Assembly (NCBI RefSeq): GCF_036321535.1
Contig: NC_087436.1
Span: 90,832,001 to 90,896,000, forward strand
DNA length: 64,000 nt
Direction of reading: 5' to 3'
DNA from: Camelus dromedarius
Taxonomy: Eukaryota
The notes below the pieces were generated by a model that was not told the DNA's origin, did no database searches, and saw only the letters and a program-made list of their open reading frames with translations. Shown here piece after piece: positions 25,835-39,089 of the stretch. Position 1 is the stretch's first letter, and every line of letters begins with the position of its first letter. The translations under genes and the position numbers were made by a program.

Positions 25835-27305
25835 AAGAATAAGCAGGAGAATGCAAAAAAAAAACAAAAAACTAATTCTCAGGCAAAACTGAACACAAGG
25901 AGAAATATCAAAGAGGCTAAGGAAAGCAGTAACTGGCCCGAAGGATTTCTGTTCTCTAGGAGTCTTGCTCTAAGGCCCCAGTATGGGTCATCTGCTTCCA
26001 TCAAATTGAAATCACCTTCCTCCTTAGAATTTCATGGTTTTTCATCTCAGTGCTCTCTTGTCCATGCTCTTTGGAAAGCACAGGTAGGTAGCTGAGAAGC
26101 TGTGTATGATGGGGGTAGGAAGGGGTGCCTTACTGGCTGTTTAGTTAAATTCCCTTTTGTGACTATGTAGATAATCTTCAGGTTTAGGAGAAAATGGTTC
26201 AGCAAATATAGCAATTTCTTTGTGGTTTGTTTGATTTTTCTCCAAGGAAGATAGAGAAACTGTATTAATATATTCAAGTTCAATAATAAATACATTTCCC
26301 CTTCAAATACATCTGGTAAGGGGACTGTGTCATATTCCTAATATTTATCATTTTATATGATTAAAAAATTGAAGGCATTGAATAAATTAGATGTTCAGTC
26401 TTCCTATTAGGACTTACATGTACTTGAAGGTCTCAGAGATGAGTCCCAATTTCCATTTTTTTGATAATTAGCTTTGGGGGAGAGGAGCTATTCACAAGAA
26501 TTTTTGTATCTCATAGACAGGTGTTGGGGACTGGACACATGAAGGAAAGGGAGAATGCTATTGGCTGAAAGAATCCCCATCAGAGAATGGGTTGCTGTGA
26601 TGTATGTTTGGATAATGCCTTAAGAACCACCTTCAACCCTCGTGACTTTCCTCATAAGCATGAGAACAAAGCACAGCACATAGGAGCCCTATGCAACCAA
26701 GTCACGTCCCATTCATTGCCTCCCATGTGCCCTAACACAGAAGCTTCCCACAGTGAGAATCACCTCCCTTAAAGCCACGGGTAGGAGATTCAGGGTTGGA
26801 TTAATAGCTCTTTTCCATTTTGGTTTATTTAAATAAATAGGTCTCTTTACCTTTCTGGTGTGTGACTTTAAGATTGCTTAAATTAGTGGAAATAAGCAGG
26901 TGGATTAGAGAGCATTGAAATAGCTGTTAAAAGTAAGCCAGCCCAGGAGTCATTCTGCAACAGCATACATGTACATGTCTCTCCTTTGGAGCTCTCTCCC
27001 CTAAAGGTAAGTTATTTTTATCCAGATTTTTAAAACAGTATACACACAAAAAAGAAAAATTCCCAACAATTATCATTTCATTATTATCTCACAGGACAGT
27101 GCCTGGTAAAGAAGGACATGACACATGATTCTTTCTGGCACGGTAGTGAGAAAGTTGGTCGCTGGAGCAAGCAAGAGTAGATACCATAGGTTTCCACTTG
27201 TTATTCCACCAAAGCCCTCTGGAGGGTGAACTATTTGCTGTGATGTATTCAGAGAGGAGCCCGGGCTTGACACTTTCTTTGCTGAGACTGTTTCTGTGTG
27301 CTCCC

Positions 27306-27680
27306 TGTTGCAGACTGGTTTTCCAGAAGCAGGCACAGAGGAAGAATCTGGCGTGCAGAGTGACTACGAGAGCATGTGGAAGGGGAAGGAGGCAGGATGG
27401 AGCAGCTGAACGACAATGCAGTCCCAACAAAGCCTCGGCTAATCCCTTGCAGAGCTCTGGAGCATGGATGACCCATTCCTTGGTGAACCAAAATGACCAG
27501 GCCTTTATACCCCATGGTGATGGGTCATTTGATGTGGACCACTTCAGGATGGCTGCCCCTGGAGGGAGGCAGCACTCCCCAGCTCAGGCAAACACTGAAG
27601 GAGCTAACAGCTGGAGGCTGACAGCTGGAACAAGTCCCACCGTGAGGGAGATCTGGTCAGTGCATTTCCATCTCACCAGA
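27306..27680 (-). mobile_element. LTR16-like solo LTR (ERV-L class)
   Basis: 'gagctctggagc', 'cagctcaggcaaacactgaaggagctaacagctggaggctgacagctgg' is the reverse complement of the LTR16 consensus. It resembles the LTRs at 46335 and 50422. Confidence 0.75.
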
Positions 27681-30600
27681 GTCCCATGTATTAATCAGAG
27701 ATGTTGTTCAACAGGAATTAGATTCCATGAAAGATATTTCTAGTATCTTTACCTTCAAGTTCAGATTCATGTAATTTATCTAGTTGGACCCCACATAATA
27801 AATAAGGACATCTAATCTCAGAGACTATGAGCTGTTTAAATTTTCTATGTTATTCTCCTTATAATTTGGATACACAAAGTAATTAAAATTTTATGACAGT
27901 CTAACCAAGTGGGACTTTTAAGTATAACTATGACGTTTCAAAAAACAAGTTGAATTGTACTACATAGCTTCTCTGAACCAGCTCGGCCTCATACTGCTTC
28001 ATTGAATCCACTTTTGGCTTTGCAACCTAGATTTGATTTATCAGGCCTGTCAAGTCAAAGATATAGCTCTCTTTTTAAAAATGATTCTGTCTTGAATGGT
28101 GTGCAGAGCGCAATCTACTGGGTAATGGCATCAGCTGTAGCTAACACTGCAGAATGCTGCGCACTGAGGGTTAGGCGGATTTAGCTTATCCACTTCAAAA
28201 GCTGGCAGAACACAAAGAATCTGTGCTCACAGGCACCCAGTAATTGTGCAACCGACAGGGAATTGTAAGGTCACCCACTGAAAAGAGCCGGAGGTCTTGA
28301 ATAGCATCCTTTTAATGGCCTTTTTTTTTTTATTAGAATTTATTTTGATCAAGTGGTCTCAGCATAAAATGGATTTGTGTATGAATTTAACAAGATGGCT
28401 AGGTCTCCTCCCTTATTAAGTTTTTATATTAGTCCAAAAATTAGATTTTGGGGGGCATTGCCTCCTGTTATTTATTTATTTATTTATGTATTTTTGTTCA
28501 GAACACCTACTTTGAAATTTTCCCCTTTAAATGAGAGTTGTTTCCAGTTTTTATAAACATCTGTCAACACACTGTAATACTGTACCCATTGTAATTTTGT
28601 GCATTTTTTTAAAATTTTGGAACTTTCATTCTAATTGTCCATGCTTGGTTGAAGCTTGAAAAATAGACATTGTTATAATCCAGTGTCTGATTTATATCCT
28701 ACTGATGAGAGCATGGCTGTTCTTGGGATTTCCCCAACTTCTACAGTATCTCCATGATGATGTGATGCTTCATTTCAGAAATGAAGAGTCTTCATACTTC
28801 TAAAACATCTTGCCTGATTCAGTCTTCACCCCTTTGATATAGAATGCTTGAGGACATGAGAAGGCTGGTAGATGAAACCATTTTTTAAACCAAATCGAAG
28901 ATGCCACTGACTGTAACATGAACACTAATCTCAGAGATATTAACACATGAAAAACTGATGAAACGTAGCATTATGAAATACTTGTTGTCCTTGAGCATCA
29001 TTTTTTTCCTCAATAGGTTTTAATTAATGAAACCTTACAAGGAGTTTTATATACATAATCTCTGATTCACTGCTACATATAGCAAACTCTGATAAGGGTA
29101 GAACAAACTAAGAATGGCCCTGCAGTGAGCAGGTACACCAATATACCAGGGCCAGTCATGACAGCAATAAAAATTTCAATAGAATCCAAAATAATAATAA
29201 TAATAATAATGGTTTTTAGAATACACAGATTAACATAATAGAGCAACACTAAGCAGGCTTTTGACTTTGGCATACTTGTCTACAGAGAAACATTGTCCAC
29301 TCTAATTTCTTTCATGAGTCAAGGTATCTCAGAGGCTTCATTAGTCTGGACTCTGGAAAAGGAATACTTCCAGTTTCCTAGAATGAGACCCTGTCTCTTC
29401 AGTCCCAGAGGCTTCATCACAAGTGAGTAAATTGTTCTCTGGGACAGGATCACAAGTCCTTCTCCTAAGAATCCTGGTAATCATTTTCTATCATGAGGTA
29501 CACATGTAGAAGACATGCCAGTGTTGGTGGCTTATCGTTGAGTCAGTCCATAGTTCAGAATCATGAACAAACATAAAGAAGAATAAACATTTTGATCATG
29601 TACACCAGGAGTATCCCCAAGAGTCACAGAAAGTTCTCTGCATATCCAGTTACTGGGGGCTAGCTAATCAATGACTGCCCATTTGGGCAAAGATGATTTG
29701 AACTTGTGACAATTTAAGGAAAGCCCAGAATTCTGCAATAACAAAAGAGAGAACCTGTCACAATCAGTGATATTTACCTATCCCTATCCAATGGAAAGAA
29801 AATCTTTAAGACAAATAACATACAGACAAAATGTAAATATCAACATAACAATTGAGAAAAAAGATAGGCTACAGGATAAGACAGATATGTAGTTAAATCC
29901 TCTGTCATGAACAACTGAAACCTTTTTTTTTTTTACTGTTCTTTGATAATGATGCGTGCCTCAAAATAATTCTGGAAAGCAGTGAAGACAAGTTATGAGA
30001 CAGCAAAACCACTGGAGCTGCTTGCATATTAAATGAAATGAGTAACAGTGACTGGAGCCGCACCTCTTGTGACCTCTCCAGGATGAGTCCCAGTGTCCGC
30101 AGGGGTCATCTTGGCTCTTGTTTCATACTACCTTCTGCAAGTGTCATGGCGATGAGTGAAGAAATACTAAGAAAATACAGTCTTGAAAAAGAGGAACTAA
30201 AAGAGAAATTTTAATTGGCACACTGTATTTATCCCTTCTCGTAGAAACTCCCCCTTTTGTTTGATTTGTTTTCCAATATTCCCATATTAAGTAGGAAAAG
30301 TGAGTTATATTTTTCTATTATGCCACTGTTTCCATCAATACCTCCTGTGTAGTATTTACTGCTTTGATGTTGGTATTTTATCTCTAAGCATACAAAGGAG
30401 CAAATAAAATATGGCAACACATCATTTCAAAGCTGGCGCTTAAAAGGCTATAAATGGAGCACATCTCTTGTGGCAAAAGGGAAAGAATTGCCATAAAAAT
30501 GTTCACATTTACTTTTCTCTTTTCCATCTAAGTATGTGTGGAAATCTTTGTAAAAGAAGTTAAATTGGTTAATGGTTACTCATAGGATTTTTGTAATAAA

Positions 30601-31180
30601 CTAATCTTCATGATTTAATGTTTCCTTTTGGTGTTAGACTGATGCCAGGTTTGACAAGTTGATGCATTTTCCAAAGTTACTGGAAGATAATTAGATCCAC
30701 TAGGCTGTCAATCTTCCTATGACAGGGATTCTATCAAATCTAAACCGATATTTAAACCAATATATCCTTCTCTCTATTCAAGTCTATCAACATATAGTGA
30801 ACTCAAAGGTTTATAGAGAAGGAAATATTGGTCAATCATAATGATGGTGACAACATAATTATTCAGCAACAGTACAGCAACTTTATTTATATTTAACTAT
30901 TTTCCTAAATAAAGCTTTATATTTAAGATAGTCTGCATCATTTGATACATTGTCACCCCCATTCTATTTCTGACTCTATTTAAATTAAATTAGAAGAAAC
31001 CTGTACACTAGCAAACCTAGGTGGACCAGTCTAATCACCATTCATAAACATGAGCAAACAGCTCAGTATCACCAGAGATGGTTCAAGTACTTCCTTAGGT
31101 GGAAAAAGAAATCCCAACATGAACAAACACACTCAGATTAGATTATTTGGAGGATGAAATCAACTTCCAAAAACATTCTG

Positions 31181-31450
31181 AGTAGACTACTTATCTCAAA
31201 CCTTAGCTGGTTGGCATGGTAACCAGGACTCTGTGCCTATCACAGTGAGCTCCACGTCTGAACCCATAGCTACACACATGCATTCGTCACCAGCACGTTA
31301 GCCAGCCTGCTCCCAGACAGGCAACAGACTGCCGGGCACTCTGCTGCCTGGAACGTGTCATCTAGCCGAGTTACAAGACTACTGTGGCTTAGGGGAGGTG
31401 ACTCCTTTACCACCTTCAGTGAGGTGGATGATACAGTGATTTCCACAGTA
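31181..31450 (+). pseudogene. TUBA1B-like pseudogene: Alpha-tubulin processed pseudogene, 5' part (5'UTR plus about codons 1-65)
   Basis: 'cacgttagccagcctgctcccagacaggcaacagactgccgggcactctgctgcctggaacgtgtcatctagcc' aligns to [25 protein letters not shown], and 'ggaggtgactcctttaccaccttcagtgag' aligns to GDDSFNTFFSE. The upstream 'ctacttatctcaaaccttagctggttggcatggtaaccaggac' resembles the TUBA1B 5'UTR as I recall it. Confidence 0.85.
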
Positions 31451-32482
31451 CAATAGTGCTTTCTTACCTACACCAGTTAGGTTCCAAGATCTCCACTGGA
31501 TGCCTGAAACCACAATAATATCAAATCCTTACATATACTATGTTTTTCCCTATACATGTATGATAAAGTTTAATTCATAAATTAGGCACATTAAGAGAAC
31601 AACAACAGTAACTAAAAATAAAGTAGAATAATTATAACAATATACAGTGGACCCTTGAACAACGACAGTTCAAACCACACAGGTCCACGTACACACGGAG
31701 CTTTTTCATTGAATACGCACCACAGAGTACATAATCCAAGGCGGGCTGAATCCTCAGACTCAGAACCACAGGTACGGAGGACTGACTGTAAAGTTACATG
31801 CAGATTTTCGACTATGAGGGGGCTGGTACCCCTAACCCCGGTGTTGTTCAAGGGTCAACTCTGCTTTAACAAAAGTTACATGAATCTCTCTCTCAATCTC
31901 TCTCTCTCTCTCAAACTCGTGCACTGTGGCTATTATAGCTTTTGCAGTTTGAGGTGCGACAACAAAACGAGCACAAATTTTTTTCTTTCTTCACAATTTC
32001 ACAGGTAAAAGATCTGTTTATACCACAGATCTTAGCAACCTGATCATACAATTTTTTTTTTCTTTCCTTATTAAGTCAAGAACTTTCACCTTTTCACTTA
32101 AAGGAAGCTCCTTACAGGTTCTCTTTGGCTGGTTCAAATTGTCAGCATCAGTACTCTTGTGCTTTGGGGACATTATTAAGCAACATATGGGTTACTTGAA
32201 CACAAGCACCACGATATTATGATAGTGGGTCTGATAACCAAGGTGGCTGCTAAGTGACTAACACTAACCAGCAAGATATCCGGGAGAAAGGGGTGATTCA
32301 CTGATCCCAGGAGGAACAGTGCAGGATGGAGTGAGATTTCATCATGCTAACCAGAATGACATACAATTCAAAACTTATGGATGGCTATTCCTGGAATTTT
32401 CCACTTAATATTTTTGGATGACAGTTGACCATGGGTAAATGAAACCACAAAAAACAAAACCACAGTTAAGGGGGACCAACTT
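31451..32482 (+). mobile_element. MER44 (Tigger7-derived) DNA transposon inserted in the tubulin pseudogene
   Basis: Contains 'gttccaagatctccactggatgcctgaaacc...tgataaagtttaattcataaattaggcac' and ends 'aagggggaccaactt'. It is flanked by TA at 31449-31450 and 32483-32484. Confidence 0.85.
31645..31861 (+). mobile_element. MER8/Tigger2-type MITE nested in MER44
   Basis: TIRs are CAGTGGACCCTTGAACAAC and GTTGTTCAAGGGTCAACTC. It follows a TA, and the MER44 sequence resumes afterwards. Confidence 0.85.
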
Positions 32483-32484
32483 TA

Positions 32485-32890
32485 GTGTTTGTAGACCTGA
32501 AACACTCATTTTTTAATGATGTTTGTACCAATGGCTCTTCTACCCTGTGTAGCACATCATTGGCAAGGAAAATTCTGCCAATAACTATGCCCAAGGGCAC
32601 TGCACCATTGGCAGGGAAATCACTGACTTCATCTTGGACGGAATTCACAAGTTGGCCAACGACTTCAGAGTTCTTTAAAAAAAATCTTAGTTTTCCATAT
32701 CTTTGCTGGGGAAACATATTCTAGGTTTACCTCCTGCTTATGGAAGTCTGTTAAATGAGTCAAGAAGCCCAAGTTCACATTTTCTATTTTTCTAGACCCT
32801 ATAGCTATAACTGAATTCCATGTCCTTATAACTCTGTCCTCACTACCCATACCTCCCTGGAACTGAGATTGCACCTTTCTAGTAGAAATG
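32485..32890 (+). pseudogene. TUBA1B-like pseudogene: Alpha-tubulin processed pseudogene, second part (about codons 66-206)
   Basis: Starts VFVDL. 32562-32660 translates to [33 protein letters not shown], versus tubulin [33 protein letters not shown]. A later segment, 'ccttataactctgtcctcactacccatacctccctggaa', reads PYNSVLTTHTSLE. It has frameshifts and no introns. Confidence 0.93.
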
Positions 32891-33239
32891 GGTAGGTAGA
32901 TAGATAGTGGTATAATTAGCAATTTGGGTTCTATTTGAGTAGAAATTGAACCTTAAAACTAGAGGTGACCATAATAAAAAAAAAGAAGAAAAGATTTATA
33001 CATTGGAAATATGATAACTGACATTTAAAATTTCAGTAGAAGAAAAAAATAAGATCAACATAGATAAAGACAAGCTGAGGCGAGCTCTGAGAATACCTAA
33101 GTGGTGTTAGACCCTATAATGTAAGGGCAGGGAATTTTGCCTGTTTCCTAGTGTACTCATAGAACGTAGGGCTCACTATTTACTTAGGAGGTATTCAATA
33201 AATATGGATTTATATATTAATGAATTAATAAATAATCAT

Positions 33240-33800
33240 AAAGCAAAAAGACAAAAATGATGCAAATTAGTAAGGTGAGGAGACGGGGGAGAGGGAATCA
33301 ACACAGGAAGGAAAATATCTAAGAGGAATTCTAGAAAAGAGGACATAAAATGGGAAGAGGAGAAAAGTCTTTAAAAATATGTACTTCCTGAGCTGAAGGA
33401 AAGTACAGTCTCCAGAATGAAAGATCCTACTTTATGCCAAAAATACAAAGGAAAAGTTAATCCCTATGGATGCAAATCCTGCTAGAATTTCAACCCCCAA
33501 ATAAAAAGAATATGCTTAAAATCCTGAGAAAGTAAGTTTAGATTATCTACAAAGGAAAAAGAATCTGATTGGCATCAAGCTTCTCGTTAGCCAAACGGAA
33601 GGCAGGAAGACAATGGAATGATGCCGTTAGAACTTCTGATGGAAAATTAGTTTGAAGCTGGAATACCATACACAGTCAAAATAGCAATCAAATTTAAAGG
33701 GAAATAAAACGCATTTTCAGACCTTTGAGACTAAGAATAACTGCCTGCTTGCAGGCATCTTACAGAAACTTGAGTTTGTATTACAGAAAAGTAAAGAAAA
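33240..33800 (+). mobile_element. Ancient L1/HAL1 ORF1 remnant
   Basis: 'ctacaaaggaaaaagaatctgattggcatcaagcttctc...gcaggaagacaatggaatgatgcc...gaataccatacacagtcaaaatagcaatcaaatttaaaggg' resembles the ORF1 C-terminal motifs (IRL.SDFS, ARRQW, RI.YPAKL). Confidence 0.7.
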
Positions 33801-35139
33801 AAAAATCAAGAAAGAGAAGCACATTTGGATTCACTGAAATTATGCCATGTAATCTCTGGGCAATCAGTTCAGATGAAAACAGGAAGCCAGAGGATTCTAT
33901 AAAAAATTTCCTTAAGAAGAAGATGGATTTCATGCCACAATCTGTATTATGAAGATCTTGAACGATTTTACCAATATGACTAAACTCATGGGGTGCTGTG
34001 CTGTCAGTAACAAGATAGACAGTTAGAGACTCTTTGGAGAACAAAAAGCTGAATAAAAACTCATTGACTACACACTGAACACTAAACTATAACACGATTT
34101 TGCGTATCAAGAACTTGAAATGTTCTTTTTTGCTTGACACAGTTTCAGTTCCTTAGGATTATCTGCTTTTCAATGGGCCCCATTACAGTTCTTCTGTTGA
34201 AATAATATTTATTTGTTTTTAATATCACTTATGCATAATATTTATCACATTTACATAGTGTTACTGTTCATGAGGTTGATTCATGTTCAATTTTTTAAAT
34301 GAACCTTTAGTGAAAACACAGACAATAACATAAAACTTGAAAAACTGAAACAATATAAGTTGGCAAAAATCAAACAGTGGTGTGACTGACAGAATTGAGG
34401 AAATGGAGAGAGCAAGGAGGATTAAAGAAACATGTAAGTATACTATTTTATCTCGTGTAAAGTGAGGTCAATGAGGACTCATAAATTACCTGAATCAAGA
34501 AACATCTGTTGAAAAATATTGCTTAAAGTCACACATCTAATACTAGAAGAATCATACATAGTATAAATGATAGTAATTGGATACTAGAAAGGGGGAAAGT
34601 GGAAGTTAGTGTGATAATCTAAGCTCAGTAGCTACTTTTGAAAGTTGATAAATCAAGAAATAGAAATAACATATAATTTGGAGAGTCAGTATGATGACCA
34701 CAGATGAGCTGAAAAGAAAAAATTCTTTCAAGTGGCTACAAAAGCAGATTGCAGTTAGAAGCAAGGACAAAAGGAAGAAATTTGCATCTTTAAAATTTCC
34801 TTTTAACATATCTTTAGATACAGAGATAGAGACAGAGACAGAGCTAGAGATAGATATAAACTCGAAGACTGTTTCCTTTCTGCAAGACATAATAATTTCT
34901 CTTCAAGCTATTTTCACACCCACATCACCGACCACTTCTCTATTGACCAAATTAATTAGAATAGCAATTCCGCTTGGTTATTATTATACTTATAATCATT
35001 ATCCTGATCCTTTATTTAATAGCATTCTGGAAAGCTTTAATGCACATTCTCTCAGCTGACCTACCCATTCTATTCTCAGTTATTATCTTCATCCTACATT
35101 TGGTAAAATTTTGTTTCAGATCAGTTAGATAAATTCCTC

Positions 35140-35660
35140 CAATCATTCAACTTTTCAAAAAATGTGTGTGTCAGAAACTGTGACAGGCACAGGGGAGCCA
35201 ATGGTCATGGACACAGAGAGTCAAGTGGGAGTGGCCAACATTAATCACACAAATAAGTATACAATTAAAATGGAGATAAGTGATCTAAAGGGAAGCAACA
35301 CGGTTTCATGAATTTGTTTCATGAATCTACCTAATCTGCTTTAAGTGAGATGAGTGGAAGTTTAAAAGACAATGAAAGGAAAGGTGTTTCAGAGAGCTTG
35401 CACAAAGGTCCTGGGAGATAGAGAAATTATCTATTAAATAAACTATGGCTGCAGTGCCCAGAGCAAGCAGCGTTAGGGGAGCAGTACTGACAGATGAGAG
35501 CAGAGAAGTGGGTAGAGCCAGACTATGCAGGATCTGTCGGCCGTGTTAAAGGCTGCCATCTTTATCCTATGGACAATAAGAAGCAATTAAAGAACAAAGA
35601 GATACAAGGTGATCAGGTTTACATTCTAAAATAAAGATTCTGACTACAGCATGGAGAAGC
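35140..35660 (-). mobile_element. LINE-2 fragment
   Basis: Contains 'cacaaaggtcctgg', 'gccagactatgcaggatct' and 'aaagattctgactacagcatggaga', typical of reverse-oriented L2. Confidence 0.55.
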
Positions 35661-35666
35661 CAGAAT

Positions 35667-36610
35667 GTTTTTTTATTGAAGTATATAGTTGGCTTACAAT
35701 GTTGTGCTAATTTTTGGTGTACAGTATAGTGATTCAGATATATATATACATATATTCCTTCTCATATTCTTTTTCATTATAGGCTATTATAAGATATTGA
35801 CTATAGTTCCCTGTGCTATACAGTAGGACGTTGTTGTTTATCTATTTTATATATAGTAGTTAGTATCTGCAAGTCCCAAAATCCCACTTTATCCCTCCAC
35901 CTTCCCCTTACCCCTGGTAGCCGTAAGTTTGTTTGCTATGTCTGTGAGTCTGTTTCTATTTCATTTAAAAAGTTCATTCGTGTCATTTTTTCTAGATTCC
36001 ACATATAAATGACACCATATGGTGTTTTTCTTTCTTTTTCTGGCTTACTTCACTTAGTATGACAATCTCCAGGTCCATCCTTGTTGCTACAAATGGCATT
36101 ATTTTATTCTTTTTTATGGCTGAGTAATATATATATATACACAACAACTTTTCAATCTAGTCATCTGTCAATGGACATTTAGGTTGCTTCCATGTGTTGG
36201 CTACTGTAAATAGTGCTGCTATGAACATTGGGGTGCATGTATCTTTTCAAATTAGAATTCCCTCAAGATATATGCCCAGGAGTGGGATTGCTGGATCATA
36301 TGACAAGTAACTATTTTCAGTTTTTGAGGACTCTCCATACTGTTTTCCTTAATGGCTGCACCAAACCACATACCCCCAACAGTGTAGGAGGGTTCCCTTT
36401 TTCCATACCCTCTCCAGCATTTATCATTTGTGGACTTCTTAAACATGGCCATTCTGACTGGTGTGAGGTGATACCTCATTGTAGTTTTGATTTGCATTTC
36501 TCTGATAATTAGCAATAATGAGCATTTTTTCATGTACCTATTGACCATTTGTATGTCTTCATTGGAGAAATGTTTGTTTAGGTCTTCTGCCCATTTTTTG
36601 ATGCACTGTT
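35667..36610 (-). mobile_element. 5'-truncated LINE-1 (ORF2 end and 3'UTR)
   Basis: The minus-strand ORF 36252-36548 reads [17 protein letters not shown]...CWRG. Poly-T lies at about 35667. Confidence 0.93.
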
Positions 36611-39089
36611 TGAGAGGCCATTATTTGGAGGGCTGAGGTTTCTGTGCAGATACTGTCTCCCAGCCCAGTGCTCTTTCCACTAGAACTATCTTTTAAGAAG
36701 TATCTTCCTATTGGACAAATAAATCACTTATTTGAATATTTTTCTTTTGGCACAACTTTCAGAAAAATTTGAAGGCTTAAATGCCATTATCATTGTTAAA
36801 TATTGCCCATAACACTACCTTGAACACAGAGGAAAATCAATAAACACTGGGTGAATACAGGAACATATTCCTTCTATGTAACTTTTTAAATCACTATGCC
36901 AAAAGAAGTCACCCATATATCTTTTTGACTTATACTTCCCTCTCATGGAATATCAATTATTTCTCTTGGCTCCTCTCCTCTCCCAAATAGGGAAGATGTG
37001 TCTTGGATACAGTCAACCAACAATAGTGGAGAGATTTTTGTAAAGTACAGAGGAACGATTCAGGAAAAAGGGAAGGGAGAGAAATGGACTCGATTCTCAA
37101 ATAGTCATTTAACCTAAGAAGGGCTTACGTGATTGAAAAGGGTTATGTGAACCCTGTATTGGGGTGATGAGGCGAAAGAAAGAGAAACAAAATACTAGAG
37201 GTGTGAGGAAGTAATAACTAGTGAGTATGTAATGAAATGGATAACGAATAAGGAGACATATAAGAAGATACACAAAGACACATGCAAGGCCCACACAGAG
37301 ACTAAAACATGCCAACAGGTATGCACCTACATGCGTGGCTATAGGTACTTACACAAACCGGTACATACTAACCCTACCAGCCATCAGAACACAGCCATCA
37401 CACACATGAAACAGGCAAGCACTTAGGTGAGTGCAAAAGAAAGCTGGTACACCCTGCAAAAGTTCATGTGTGTACCCACGTGTGCAAGGTTGTTCCCAGG
37501 GACTATCAATATCCACAGCAAAACTCAGGACATGAGCAAATGACAGGAAGCAGCTGGGGTCTTGTCCTACTTCGAATATACGGAAATCCCATTATCAAAC
37601 TAAATACAGTCCAGTAGCCTTTGTTCTGTTAGTCCTTGATTCATCATGTTACATGTGATTTGTTTACATAAAATGTCAGATTTACATACTAATTAATCAT
37701 TTCAGGAAAAGACTTCAACACCATTAGCTTGGTGGGAAAATGTTTAGGAAGCACCTTACATGAATATCCTTATATTTGCTTCTCAGCCAGCGGTGTCGTC
37801 AACACCCACACACACTTTTAGCTAACAATGTGCCAGAAGCTATTATCCTTGTTTTTACCTTCCCACACATAATTGTATCCCTTCTTCCCCTCACCTTGTT
37901 TTTCAGGTTGTAAAAAGGCTGGAACACAATGTCTATTTCTATTAGCTTTGAAGACTAACTAATAAGATACACTTCCAGCTGAGAAAGTGTATTTTAGAAG
38001 TTGGTGTTCGTGGTTTATATTAATGAAATCAAGAAGCCCAGCTCATTTGAAATGGATTTACATTAAAAAAATCTTTTTTACAAAGGAAAATTCTTGTGCA
38101 TATTAGTATGGAGGAATCTTTCAGCATCTGAGACAGTAATAAATCTACTAAAGACTTTGACTTTTTCAGGATAGTTAATGAAATATTAGTAATATATAAG
38201 TTTGAGACATATTTTGACTTTTACACATACAGAACTAAATCATGCGTTTAAAATGTTAACTAAATTAACAGATACTTTTATGAACAGAATTTCTATTAAC
38301 AGCAAACCCAGATTTGGAAGGCATGTAGTCTTTCGGTATGGAGACTGGGATGGCAGGGCCTGACAAAAGAAGAGATGGAAGGTGTCTCTAATGCAGGTCT
38401 CCAAAGTCCATCTCAGGGACCACATGTCTCCCAGAGCAAAATGATCCACTTGCCTGGGAGATCAAAAAACTACAACAACAAAAGGCTTCCTGACTGTTTT
38501 ATCCACTACATATTTTATCCTTGGGGATGGGGTACATATTGAAAGTAACTATATTAATTAGGACTTTCTGATGATGATGAAAAATACCAACTCTGATTTA
38601 CTTAAGAAAAAAGTTCCGAAAGAACTGAATACTCAGGCTGTGAAAAGAGCAGGAACCAGGGGAGCAACAGAAATTCTAGACAATCTCCCCATGTACTCAC
38701 TGGATGATTTACACAGACGATCTTTGAATCTATTTCTATGCAGGAATAAAACTGTTGGGAGTGATACCTGATTGCCCTTGGGGAAGTCACCTTCCTACTG
38801 TTGTAAACCTAAAGGGAGGTAAGTTCCAGGGACAGGTTACTGTGGAATTCAGAAGTCATCTCCCCAGAGGAAGGGAAGGGACTACCAACACTGAGAGGCT
38901 GGAGAAGGAAGCACACTGTGCATGTGTGACTGTGGCATCTGGCCTCCAAAATGTCCCCTCATAAACCCCAAGCCTTTGTGGAGTCTTCTGCATGTTTACT
39001 GGGGCTGCTCTCTGAGACCAGATGAACACAGCAGAAGTAAAGAAGGTTTTTGACTTCCAAGCCAAGGCTATAAAAGTCATTGGAACTTT

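Noticed and set aside
27198..27743. Longest ORF in the track (181 aa)
   Set aside because: It lies antisense across an LTR16-like solo LTR, starts at a non-ATG codon and resembles no protein I recognise.
30060..30170. Possible minus-strand exon
   Set aside because: There are stops in all frames and the donor is weak.
32466..32724. ORFs 32466-32717(-) and 32485-32724(+) as genes
   Set aside because: They are antisense or mostly out-of-frame readings of the tubulin pseudogene.
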